From a virus (lineage: Duplodnaviria; Caudoviricetes): a stretch of DNA of 56,760 nucleotides. A program made the position numbers and the translations under genes. The stretch covers positions 1-56,760 of the IMG/VR virus record IMGVR_UViG_3300011116_000470; one strand, given 5' to 3'. Numbering within the stretch: position 1 is the first letter of the stretch; every line of letters starts with the position of its first letter. Shown here one piece after another: positions 36,261 through 44,282 of the stretch. Below the pieces are notes generated by a model that searched no databases, had not been told where the DNA came from, and saw only the letters and a list, made by a program, of their open reading frames with translations.

Positions 36261-36427
36261 TAGCCCAGCTATTGCACCTCCTCAAGCAGCGGCAGGCCGA
36301 ATTGCGCATGTCGCTGGTTGAGAACCCGGTAGGCAACCACGAGGCGTATGTTCGCCTTGTGGGTGAATACCAAGGGCTCCAGTGGGTACTGGACACCCTG
36401 AACGCGAAACTCGCTGAAAACGAATAA
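36257..36427 (+). CDS. Small helical head-module protein (56 aa)
   Basis: GTGA coupling; YVRLVGEYQGL motif; not in ORF track. Confidence 0.65.
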   Translation: MIAQLLHLLKQRQAELRMSLVENPVGNHEAYVRLVGEYQGLQWVLDTLNAKLAENE

Positions 36428-36446
36428 GGCCGCAAGGCCCCAAGTG

Positions 36447-36485
36447 GCGCTGAAATATGCGCTTTTTCTGCACTGAAATATGTGC
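36447..36485 (+). promoter_or_regulatory. Tandem hairpins with identical UGAAAUAU loops upstream of groES-like gene
   Basis: GCGC-TGAAATAT-GCGC (36447-36462) and GCAC-TGAAATAT-GTGC (36470-36485). Confidence 0.6.
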
Positions 36486-36504
36486 TTTGTCGATAGGAGT
36501 GAGT

Positions 36505-36960
36505 ATGAGTGAAAAACCGATCCCCACAATTGTGGGTAGTGAAAGTGTGTCTGATCCCACCGAGTTGGCGTGGGCGTTTCCAGACGTAAAGCCGGGGCAA
36601 GCCCCCTTTGGCGGGCGAGTGATTGTTCAGCTTCGCCGCATCAAGAAAAATGCGGGAAAGATCATTTTGGTCGAAGAGACCAAAGAGAACGAGAAGTGGA
36701 ACAACATGATAGGCAGAGTCGTGGCCATAGGGCCTTTGGCCTTCAAGAACCGCGACACGATGCAACCATGGGCAGAAGGAAGTTGGGCGCAAGTAGGCGA
36801 CTACGTGCGCGTGCCTCGTTGGGGCGGAGACCGCTGGGAGCGGCCTGTCGTGAACGAGGAAAACGGCGACCTCAATCCCGTGTTGTTTATGACTATCAAT
36901 GACCACGAACTGATAGCTAGGGTCACCGACGACCCGCTTTCGTTCAAAGCCTACGTTTAA
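36505..36960 (+). CDS. groES: GroES/Cpn10-like co-chaperonin
   Basis: PFGGRVIVQ...KIIL..ETK...GRVVAIGP...VGDYV...INDHELIA; AGGAG RBS before ATG 36505. Confidence 0.8.
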   Translation: MSEKPIPTIVGSESVSDPTELAWAFPDVKPGQAPFGGRVIVQLRRIKKNAGKIILVEETKENEKWNNMIGRVVAIGPLAFKNRDTMQPWAEGSWAQVGDYVRVPRWGGDRWERPVVNEENGDLNPVLFMTINDHELIARVTDDPLSFKAYV

Positions 36961-36969
36961 GGAAATACC

Positions 36970-37938
36970 ATGGCAACCCAAACCAAAGATGACGAAGAAT
37001 TGCACGTTAAAGAAGGCCTAGACGGCACCGCTACGGTGGAACTGCCCGAAGAACTTCTGGCCGAGGGCGGCGAAGTAGAGCCCAAAAAGGAAGAACCGCG
37101 TGCAGAAGAGAACGACCCCAGCGACGAAGACCACCCGGATGACACCGACGCGGTTCGCGCCGCCCGTCGCGCCCGCCGCCGCTCCAAGAAAGACCTGATC
37201 CGCAAGACCAACGAGGAAAAGGATGTCCGCTTGCAGATGCTGCAACGCCAGAACGAGGAGCTCATGCAGCGCCTCTCTCGGGTGGAGCAACGCACCCAGC
37301 AGCACGATGTCAACCGGATCGACAAGGCCCTTGAGGATCAGCAAGTCCAGTTGGAATACTACCGGATGAAGATGGCCGAGGCCACCGGCTCGGGCGACGG
37401 AACCGCCGCTGTGGAGGCGCAGGAGAAGCTGTTTGAGACCAAAAACGCTATCCAGCAACTCCACGCCCTCAAGCAGCAGGCCGACCGGCCCGCCGCGCCC
37501 CGGCAAAAGGCCATCAATCCCAACGTGCAACGCCACGCCGCCAAGTGGATTGAGCGCAACGACTGGTACAAACCCGACTTGTCGGACACCGACAGCCGGA
37601 TCGCCAAGCAGCTTGACGAGGAAATGACCAAGGAAGGCTGGGACGCCGGAACGCCCGATTACTGGGACGAACTTGACGACCGCTTGCAAAAATACTTGCC
37701 GCATCGGTATAATGAACCGTCACAGAGACGTGACACTAACCGATCACCAAGGAATACCGTGGGCAGTTCAGGACGTGAGGCATCAGCCGCTTATGGGGGC
37801 ACAAACCGCACCTTTACTCTCTCAGCCGAACAGGTTCGAGCGATGAAGGACGCGGGTATGTGGGATAACCCCGAAAAGCGCGCCAAGATGATCAAGCGCT
37901 ATGCAGCCGAAGCACGTAACAACAACCGAGGTAACTAA
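36970..37938 (+). CDS. Capsid scaffolding protein
   Basis: Acidic N-terminus, coiled coil, WIERNDWY, YWDELDDRL, LSAEQVRAM C-terminus; upstream of capsid genes. Confidence 0.7.
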   Translation: MATQTKDDEELHVKEGLDGTATVELPEELLAEGGEVEPKKEEPRAEENDPSDEDHPDDTDAVRAARRARRRSKKDLIRKTNEEKDVRLQMLQRQNEELMQRLSRVEQRTQQHDVNRIDKALEDQQVQLEYYRMKMAEATGSGDGTAAVEAQEKLFETKNAIQQLHALKQQADRPAAPRQKAINPNVQRHAAKWIERNDWYKPDLSDTDSRIAKQLDEEMTKEGWDAGTPDYWDELDDRLQKYLPHRYNEPSQRRDTNRSPRNTVGSSGREASAAYGGTNRTFTLSAEQVRAMKDAGMWDNPEKRAKMIKRYAAEARNNNRGN

Positions 37939-37940
37939 TC

Positions 37941-38489
37941 ATGGAATCACGTCTCAAAAAATCTTTATCTGCCGGTGGCCGCGAAACTCGCGCAATCGAG
38001 GACGCCAGCCGTGCAGCCCCTGAAGATAAGTTCATTTCTACGCAGGAACGTCGCAAGATGTGGAGCGAGGAGTGGACGCAATCAGCTTTGCCTAAACTTC
38101 CCAACCTTGACGGTTGGCATTTATGCTGGCTTTCAACCACCAACAGCTACGATAGCATTGATAAGCGGATTCGCCTTGGGTACGTTCCAGTTAAATCTGA
38201 AGAGTTACCCGGCTATGAAGACTATCGCGTGAAATCGGGCGAGCATGTTGGCTACGTTTCCTGCAACGAGATGTTGCTGTTCAAACTGCCCATGGACTTG
38301 TATCAAGATTACATGACGCACATGCACCACGATAAGCCCCAAGAGGAAGCGGAAAAAATCCGCGTCCAAGTGGAGCAACTTCAAGGCGCACGGGACAGCA
38401 ACGGCAAGTCGCTGGTACAGGTTGAGGGTGAAGGAATGGGCAATTTTGTTGACAAGCAACCCAACCGCATGCCGGTCTTTTCCGGTTAA
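37941..38489 (+). CDS. Conserved head-module hypothetical protein
   Basis: GWHLCWLS...RIRLGYVPV...MLLFKLP. Confidence 0.7.
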   Translation: MESRLKKSLSAGGRETRAIEDASRAAPEDKFISTQERRKMWSEEWTQSALPKLPNLDGWHLCWLSTTNSYDSIDKRIRLGYVPVKSEELPGYEDYRVKSGEHVGYVSCNEMLLFKLPMDLYQDYMTHMHHDKPQEEAEKIRVQVEQLQGARDSNGKSLVQVEGEGMGNFVDKQPNRMPVFSG

Positions 38490-38502
38490 CTAGGAGTTTT
38501 AT

Positions 38503-39084
38503 ATGAGTTCTACCTCTGCTCCGTTTGGTTTGCGTCCTGCGTTCCACCCCTCTGGTCTGGATCGCGCACAGGCGCTTGCTAACGGTATCGCGTCGGCCTA
38601 TGCGTCCGACATCTTGAAGGGCCAGCCCGTCAAGTACAACCCATCCGCTGGTACTATCATTGTTGCCACCGTTGGAGCCGCTTGGAGCGGTGCCTTCGCT
38701 GGTGTCGAATGGACGGATACCACTGGCCGTCGCCGCGTGTCCAACTACTGGCCCGCAAACACTGCCTACCAAACTGGTTCTTGTGTCGCGTATTTCTACA
38801 ACGATGCCAACATCGTTTATGAAATTCAGACCGATGCAACCATTGCTCAAACCTCTATCGGGAATGAGTACAACTTCTCCAACATCACTGCGGGTTCCAA
38901 CACCACCGGTCTGTCTGCCGCCACTCTTGGCGTTTCGACTGCTGTTGGTAACGGCGTCCAAGGCGATATGCGCGTGGTGGACATCGCTCCCTACCCGGAT
39001 AATGCTTGGGGCGATTCCTACGTTATTGTCCGCGTTGTGAATGCACGTTCACAATTCTTCGGCCAATTCACCGCTATTGCATAA
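38503..39084 (+). CDS. Capsid decoration/cement protein
   Basis: APFGLRP N-terminus, beta-rich, directly upstream of MCP. Confidence 0.6.
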   Translation: MSSTSAPFGLRPAFHPSGLDRAQALANGIASAYASDILKGQPVKYNPSAGTIIVATVGAAWSGAFAGVEWTDTTGRRRVSNYWPANTAYQTGSCVAYFYNDANIVYEIQTDATIAQTSIGNEYNFSNITAGSNTTGLSAATLGVSTAVGNGVQGDMRVVDIAPYPDNAWGDSYVIVRVVNARSQFFGQFTAIA

Positions 39085-39096
39085 GGAGAATAAACA

Positions 39097-40011
39097 ATGG
39101 CTGCACCAATGAGAAGTACGGACTTTCGCAGTATCGTTGAGCCTATCCTCAACGAATGCTTCGATGGAGTCTATGACCAACGCGCCGACGAATGGAGCCG
39201 TGTGTTCCGTGAAGAAGACGGCATCCCCCGTAACTACCACGAAGAGCCCGTACTGTACGGTTTCGGCGCGGCACCCCAGCTTCCTGACGGCACCCCGGTG
39301 ACCTATCAGCAAGGTGGCGTTCTGTTCCTGAAGCGCTACATCTACAAGGTCTATGGTTTGGCGTTTGCCCTGACCAAAGTGCTGGTGGAAGATGGCGACC
39401 ATATCCGCTTGGGTCAAGTGTACGCACGTCACTTGGCTCAATCGCTGGTGGAAACCAAGGAACTGCTGTCCGCTAACGTCTTGAACGTTGCGTTCAACGC
39501 TGCTTACCCCGGTGGCGATGGCGTGTCGCTGATCAGTAACGCTCACCCCATCGTGAACGGCACTTTCAGCAACCAGCTAACCACCGCTGCGGTTCTGTCG
39601 CAAACCTCCCTTGAGCAGATGTTGATCCAAGTCCGTCAGGCCGTGGACAACAACGGCAAGAAGATTCGTCTGGTGCCCCGCCAATTGGTGGTGGCCCCCG
39701 GCAACATCTTCCAAGCCGAAGTGCTGCTCAAGTCGGTTCTGCGCACCGGCAACGCCAACAACGACATCAATCCGGTGAAATCCATCGGTTTGCTGGACGA
39801 AGGCGCTGCCGTGTTGAGCCGTTTGACCAGCGCCACTGCATGGTGGGTTCAGACCGATGCGCCCGAGGGCATGAAGCTCTTGATGCGTCGTCGTCTGGAG
39901 AAGACCATGGAAGGCGACTTTGAGACTGACTCCATGCGCTACAAGGCGACCGAGCGTTACGATGTCGGTTTCACCGATCCTCGTGCGATGTACGGTACTC
40001 CCGGCGCTTAA
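39097..40011 (+). CDS. Major capsid protein (HK97 fold, Mu gpT-like)
   Basis: 304 aa; YGLAFALT, LVVAP, LTSATAWWVQTD, DFETDSMRYKATERY..GFTDPRAMYG. Confidence 0.88.
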   Translation: MAAPMRSTDFRSIVEPILNECFDGVYDQRADEWSRVFREEDGIPRNYHEEPVLYGFGAAPQLPDGTPVTYQQGGVLFLKRYIYKVYGLAFALTKVLVEDGDHIRLGQVYARHLAQSLVETKELLSANVLNVAFNAAYPGGDGVSLISNAHPIVNGTFSNQLTTAAVLSQTSLEQMLIQVRQAVDNNGKKIRLVPRQLVVAPGNIFQAEVLLKSVLRTGNANNDINPVKSIGLLDEGAAVLSRLTSATAWWVQTDAPEGMKLLMRRRLEKTMEGDFETDSMRYKATERYDVGFTDPRAMYGTPGA

Positions 40012-40019
40012 ACCAAAGT

Positions 40020-40043
40020 AGGGGGGTTAACAGCCCCCCTCTT
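40020..40043 (+). terminator. Hairpin after MCP (weak terminator or stability element)
   Basis: AGGGGGGTT-AAC-AGCCCCCCT, short U tract. Confidence 0.45.
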
Positions 40044-40057
40044 AACTGGAGAAAATT

Positions 40058-40507
40058 ATGGCTCAAACCTATATTGGTTCTACCCTGCGCACGGGCTCTG
40101 GTACGTTGACTGACTCTACCGATGGCGGCTTTGTCGTCGTGAGTCAAACGACTACCGTGACTACCGTGGCCGCAGGTACGGCAGTTTCCGCTACTGAAGT
40201 TCTTCCAGCTTCTTCGCAAATTATTCAATTTTTTATTGATCAAGTTGTGGACGAAGTGGTTGGCGGCGGTACGGCTACGGCCATTAACGCCACCATCGGC
40301 ACGGCTGCTGCGGGCACCCAATATCTTTCGGCAACGAACGTATTTGCGGGCGGACGCGCTGCTTTGACTTTCACTGCGGCTCAATTGTTGGCGATGTCTG
40401 ACATCGGCAGCAACACGACCTTGTACTTCACCATCGCCCCCAACGGCACGATCAGCACGACCCAAGGCGTTTATCGCTTGACCGTTGTGTATGCTCAGAA
40501 AGTCTAA
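40058..40507 (+). CDS. Putative minor capsid/decoration protein
   Basis: 149 aa beta-rich, LPASSQI, IGTAAAGTQY; follows MCP. Confidence 0.6.
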   Translation: MAQTYIGSTLRTGSGTLTDSTDGGFVVVSQTTTVTTVAAGTAVSATEVLPASSQIIQFFIDQVVDEVVGGGTATAINATIGTAAAGTQYLSATNVFAGGRAALTFTAAQLLAMSDIGSNTTLYFTIAPNGTISTTQGVYRLTVVYAQKV

Positions 40508-40519
40508 AGAGGCTATATC

Positions 40520-41533
40520 ATGGGTCAATTCAAACCAATGGTAAAGATGGAGACCACCGAGCCATCAGTGATCCTGAAGCTCAAAAAAGGTGGTCATGTC
40601 GCTATGAATCGTGGCGGCGAGTACGGCTACGCGAATATGCGTTCCAAGGGCATGGCCACCATGCCCGACGACCGCTATACCCCGCCAGCCGCTGCTCCCA
40701 AAGCACCTTCGGTGATGGCACGTCGCGCAGCTATGGCTGCTCCCTTGATGAAAAAAGGCGGGAAAATGGAGAAGCATGAAGATGCTGCTCAAGATCGCGC
40801 CATGATCAAAAAGGCGATGGCTGGCAAGAAGTTTGCTTCGGGCGGCACGACCAAAGTAGTTGACGGCGACAAAACCGACAAGGCGCACGGCACTGGTGAT
40901 GTCAAAATGGGTAAAGCTGCTGGCTACAAAACTGGCGGCACCATCGAAGGCAACGAAGGTAAATTCAAAAATACCAAAGTTGTTGACGGCGACAAGCACG
41001 ACAGTGCTAGTGGCACTGGTAAGGTTCGCATGTCCAATGCTGGCGGCTTCAAAGACGGCGGCTCTACCAACTGGGAAAACCGCCCAGCCAATAGCGCTAA
41101 ACCCGGCAAGTCCAACACCACTACTGGTGAGGTCAAAGAAGCCAATGCTGGCGGCTACAAACGGGGCGGCTCTGCAAAAAAGCATTTCGCCACGGGGGGC
41201 AGTGTTAACGACGCTGGCCATGCCGTGGCAATGCCTCGCAAGCCGGTATCCAAACCGGTGAGCAACACTGCGCAATCGGGCACCTTCAAAAAAGGTGGCA
41301 AAGTCATGCACAAAGCTGATGGTGGTCTTACTGACCTCAGCAGGGGCGCGTATGACAAGTCGATTGGGCCGGGCGAGGACGAAATGGAAATGGCTAACGC
41401 CATCCGTAACGCCCCGTCTGACGCCATGAACGCAGTGATGCGCTTACTGGGCAAGAAGCCTTCTGCTGGAGCAGGTCGGGGGTTTGTAAACCCACCCGTG
41501 ACTCGCAAAAGCGGCGGACAAGCCAAGTGCTAG
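40520..41533 (+). CDS. Basic low-complexity protein built of about 11 xxxGG motifs
   Basis: LKKGG, MNRGG, MKKGG, FASGG, YKTGG, FKDGG, YKRGG, FATGG, FKKGG, KADGG, RKSGG; internal repeat TKVVDGDK.D...GTG.V.M. Confidence 0.75.
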   Translation: MGQFKPMVKMETTEPSVILKLKKGGHVAMNRGGEYGYANMRSKGMATMPDDRYTPPAAAPKAPSVMARRAAMAAPLMKKGGKMEKHEDAAQDRAMIKKAMAGKKFASGGTTKVVDGDKTDKAHGTGDVKMGKAAGYKTGGTIEGNEGKFKNTKVVDGDKHDSASGTGKVRMSNAGGFKDGGSTNWENRPANSAKPGKSNTTTGEVKEANAGGYKRGGSAKKHFATGGSVNDAGHAVAMPRKPVSKPVSNTAQSGTFKKGGKVMHKADGGLTDLSRGAYDKSIGPGEDEMEMANAIRNAPSDAMNAVMRLLGKKPSAGAGRGFVNPPVTRKSGGQAKC

Positions 41534-41536
41534 TAG

Positions 41537-41562
41537 AGTAGGGGCTTCGGCCCCTACTTTTT
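41537..41562 (+). terminator. Rho-independent terminator
   Basis: AGTAGGGGC-TTCG-GCCCCTACT then T run. Confidence 0.8.
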
Positions 41563-41576
41563 AATTGGAGATATAT

Positions 41577-41981
41577 ATGGCAGATGCAGTTACAAGCCAA
41601 ACGCTGATAGACGGCGAGCGCTTGGCTATCATGAAATTTACCAACATTAGCGATGGCACTGGCGAAACTGCCGTTACCAAGGTCGATGTTTCTGCTCTGG
41701 CCAAAAGTGGTTCAGGGCAGGCGTGTACCGGCGTTATCGTGAACAAGATCACTTCGGTATGCCACGGCATGGAAGTGCGTATGTTTTGGGATGCTACAAC
41801 CGATGTGCCGTTTTTTATGAACACAATTAACACCAACTACGAAAATGATTTTTCAAACATTGGTGGCATCACAAACAACTCGGGCGCTGGCAAGAACGGG
41901 AACATCGTTTTTAGTACCGCTGACCAAAGCGCAGGCGATACATACACCGTTGTGTTAGAGATGATTAAAACTTACGGTTAA
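41577..41981 (+). CDS. Conserved phage structural/hypothetical protein
   Basis: MADAVTSQTLIDG..KFTNISDGTGE; GGAG RBS. Confidence 0.75.
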   Translation: MADAVTSQTLIDGERLAIMKFTNISDGTGETAVTKVDVSALAKSGSGQACTGVIVNKITSVCHGMEVRMFWDATTDVPFFMNTINTNYENDFSNIGGITNNSGAGKNGNIVFSTADQSAGDTYTVVLEMIKTYG

Positions 41982-41990
41982 GGACGCATC

Positions 41991-42149
41991 ATGCCGCTAA
42001 TCAAGTCTAAATCCGAAAAAGCGTTCAAAAAGAACATTGCCACTGAGGTCAAGGCCGGTAAACCGGTCAAGCAGGCCGTGGCCATCGCCTATAGCACCAA
42101 GCGCTCCGCACCCAAAAAGATGCGTGATGGCGGGAAAGCCTGCTGGTAG
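41991..42149 (+). CDS. Small basic protein (52 aa) with KQAVAIA and MRDGG motifs
   Basis: AAGGA RBS; not in ORF track. Confidence 0.7.
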   Translation: MPLIKSKSEKAFKKNIATEVKAGKPVKQAVAIAYSTKRSAPKKMRDGGKACW

Positions 42150-42151
42150 CT

Positions 42152-42544
42152 ATGGCTAAGCAAGGTCTATACGCCAACATCCACGCCAAGCAAGAGCGCA
42201 TTGCGCACGGCTCTGGTGAAAAGATGCGCAAGCCGGGCGCAATGGGCGCTCCGACGGCGCAGGCTTTCAAAGAGTCGGCCAAGACAGCCAAGATGAAAAA
42301 AGGCGGCGTGTCGCTGGCCATTGGCCGTGGCGAGAAACTTCCTGCCAAGCAGGGCGCGGGGCTTACCGCAAAAGGCCGCGCTAAATACAATCGGGAAACC
42401 GGATCGCACCTGAAGGCCCCGCAACCGCAAGGTGGCTCAAGGCGCGATTCTTTCTGTGCCCGCATGGGGCCTGTCGCTGAAAAAAGCGAAAAAGGTAGCC
42501 GTGCAAGGGCATCAATGCAACGCTGGAACTGCCCCGGCTGGTAA
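42152..42544 (+). CDS. Basic conserved phage protein (DUF6321-like)
   Basis: GLYANIHAK N-module, MKKGG junction, GLTAKGRAKYN...SFCARM...WNC C-module. Confidence 0.7.
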   Translation: MAKQGLYANIHAKQERIAHGSGEKMRKPGAMGAPTAQAFKESAKTAKMKKGGVSLAIGRGEKLPAKQGAGLTAKGRAKYNRETGSHLKAPQPQGGSRRDSFCARMGPVAEKSEKGSRARASMQRWNCPGW

Positions 42545-42553
42545 GGAACGAAC

Positions 42554-42853
42554 ATGGCCAAAGTTAAAAAATTTGCAAACGGTGGCGCTCTTGCCGATGT
42601 GGTAGGCGCGGCTTCCAAGTTCACCGCGCCGCCCGGAGATAGCTCCAGCGCTCCCAGCGCGGCCCCACCGTTCAATTACGGCGGCAGCGGTGCGCCCGAT
42701 GGCGTTACAGCACCCGATGTAGGCCAGACAGAGCGAGAAATCAATGCGGCGTCTATGGCCGCGCCAAACCTGCCAAAATACCGCAAAGGTGGCCATGTGA
42801 CCACCCGCCGCTTGTCAAGCGTCACCAAGTCCTCAAAATCGCCTACTTGGTAA
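42554..42853 (+). CDS. Hypothetical protein with FANGG and YRKGG motifs
   Basis: AAGGA RBS, 99 aa. Confidence 0.7.
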   Translation: MAKVKKFANGGALADVVGAASKFTAPPGDSSSAPSAAPPFNYGGSGAPDGVTAPDVGQTEREINAASMAAPNLPKYRKGGHVTTRRLSSVTKSSKSPTW

Positions 42854-42862
42854 GGAAAAGCC

Positions 42863-43933
42863 ATGTCCTACTCGGGTACTGTTGGCCAGACCGTTATCAC
42901 GGTTCAAAAGCTCATTGACCATGGGGCGCGGCGTGCTGGGAAATTGGCCGAGGAATTGACGGTTGAACAGGTGCAAGCGTCCAAAGAGTCGCTGTTTTAC
43001 ATCCTGAGCAATTTGATCAACCAAGGCATCCAGTATTTCGCCATCAAAAAGACCGTAATTGGCCTCAATCCTGACCAATACCAGTATTCCCTGCCCGTTG
43101 GTGGCAATGACGTGCTAAACGCGCTCTATCGCACGTTAAATCGCCCGACCCCGAACATCGCCAACGGCTACTCTGCCTCGTCGGGCAATGCCGACCTCGC
43201 TTTTGACGGCAACACTGCGACGGCGGATACACAAACCGCGCCCAATGGCTACATCGCCGTGAATTACGGCACCAACAATTCAATTTACGCCGGGTCAATC
43301 GGTATCCTGCCCGCCACCTCGGGCTCATTCCACATTTTGCTGGAATGGTCGAACGATGGTTCCACATGGAACACTTTGTACGACACAGGCGTTACCACAT
43401 GGGTTAGCGGCCAATGGCACTGGTACGACATTGATCCGGGCGTGACGGCGCAGTATTACCGCATGCGCGAAACTGGCGGCGGCACTTTGAGCGTGGCGGA
43501 GTTCTTTGTGGGCAACAACTCCACCGAGATCACCATGTCCCGGCTCAACCGCGACGACTACACCAACTTGCCCAACAAGAACTTTACGGCCAACCAGCCG
43601 TTTCAGTTCTGGCTCAACCGCACGATCCCGCAGGCCACCATTACGGTTTGGCCAACGCCTTCTAGCCCGTTTGTGCAGATGACGGTGTGGTACTCAGCCT
43701 ACGTGGAAGATGTGGGCGCTTTGAGCGGCCAGTTGGCCATCCCTGACCGCTGGCTTATGGCCATCCAAAACATGCTGGGCCACCAGATGGCGCAGGAACT
43801 GCCCGGCGTGGACTTGGCGCGCATCCAGTACCTTGAGGGCCAAGCCCAGAAGTATTTCATGATGGCCGAGCAAGAAGAGCGCGACAAGTCGCCCATCATG
43901 CTCAGCCCTAATATTTCGGTCTATTCGAGGTAG
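42863..43933 (+). CDS. Head-tail adaptor-like protein with inserted discoidin-like domain
   Basis: LIDHGARRAG...LNRDDYTNLPNK...VWPTP; central AFDGN...LEWSNDG.TW...YYRM insert. Confidence 0.6.
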   Translation: MSYSGTVGQTVITVQKLIDHGARRAGKLAEELTVEQVQASKESLFYILSNLINQGIQYFAIKKTVIGLNPDQYQYSLPVGGNDVLNALYRTLNRPTPNIANGYSASSGNADLAFDGNTATADTQTAPNGYIAVNYGTNNSIYAGSIGILPATSGSFHILLEWSNDGSTWNTLYDTGVTTWVSGQWHWYDIDPGVTAQYYRMRETGGGTLSVAEFFVGNNSTEITMSRLNRDDYTNLPNKNFTANQPFQFWLNRTIPQATITVWPTPSSPFVQMTVWYSAYVEDVGALSGQLAIPDRWLMAIQNMLGHQMAQELPGVDLARIQYLEGQAQKYFMMAEQEERDKSPIMLSPNISVYSR

Positions 43934-43938
43934 TTACG

Positions 43939-44280
43939 ATGCCTCGGTTCCTTGATACCCGTGGCGGCTCCGACATTGCGATCTTCGTATGCGACAGGTG
44001 CAAGATGAAGCGCGCACACTCGACGGCGCGCAACGACCCCAACTTCCCCGGCTTGCTGGTGTGCGACCAAGGTTGTGCGGATCAGATCGACCCGTACCGG
44101 CTGGCAGCGCGCCAGACTGAGCGCATCACGATCCGCTTCCCGCGCCCCGATGTAAGCGTGGCTGTCACTGGCGGCGATATAGTCACGACACCATACGGTG
44201 GCGAGATTATCAGCACCGAGCAGAACACGAACACGCCGGAGAACAACGGCAACAATAGCGGACTGGCCCCGCAGCCCTGA
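43939..44280 (+). CDS. Zinc-finger-like conserved phage protein
   Basis: VCDRC...LLVCDQGCAD..DP...PRPD. Confidence 0.7.
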   Translation: MPRFLDTRGGSDIAIFVCDRCKMKRAHSTARNDPNFPGLLVCDQGCADQIDPYRLAARQTERITIRFPRPDVSVAVTGGDIVTTPYGGEIISTEQNTNTPENNGNNSGLAPQP

Positions 44281-44282
44281 AT

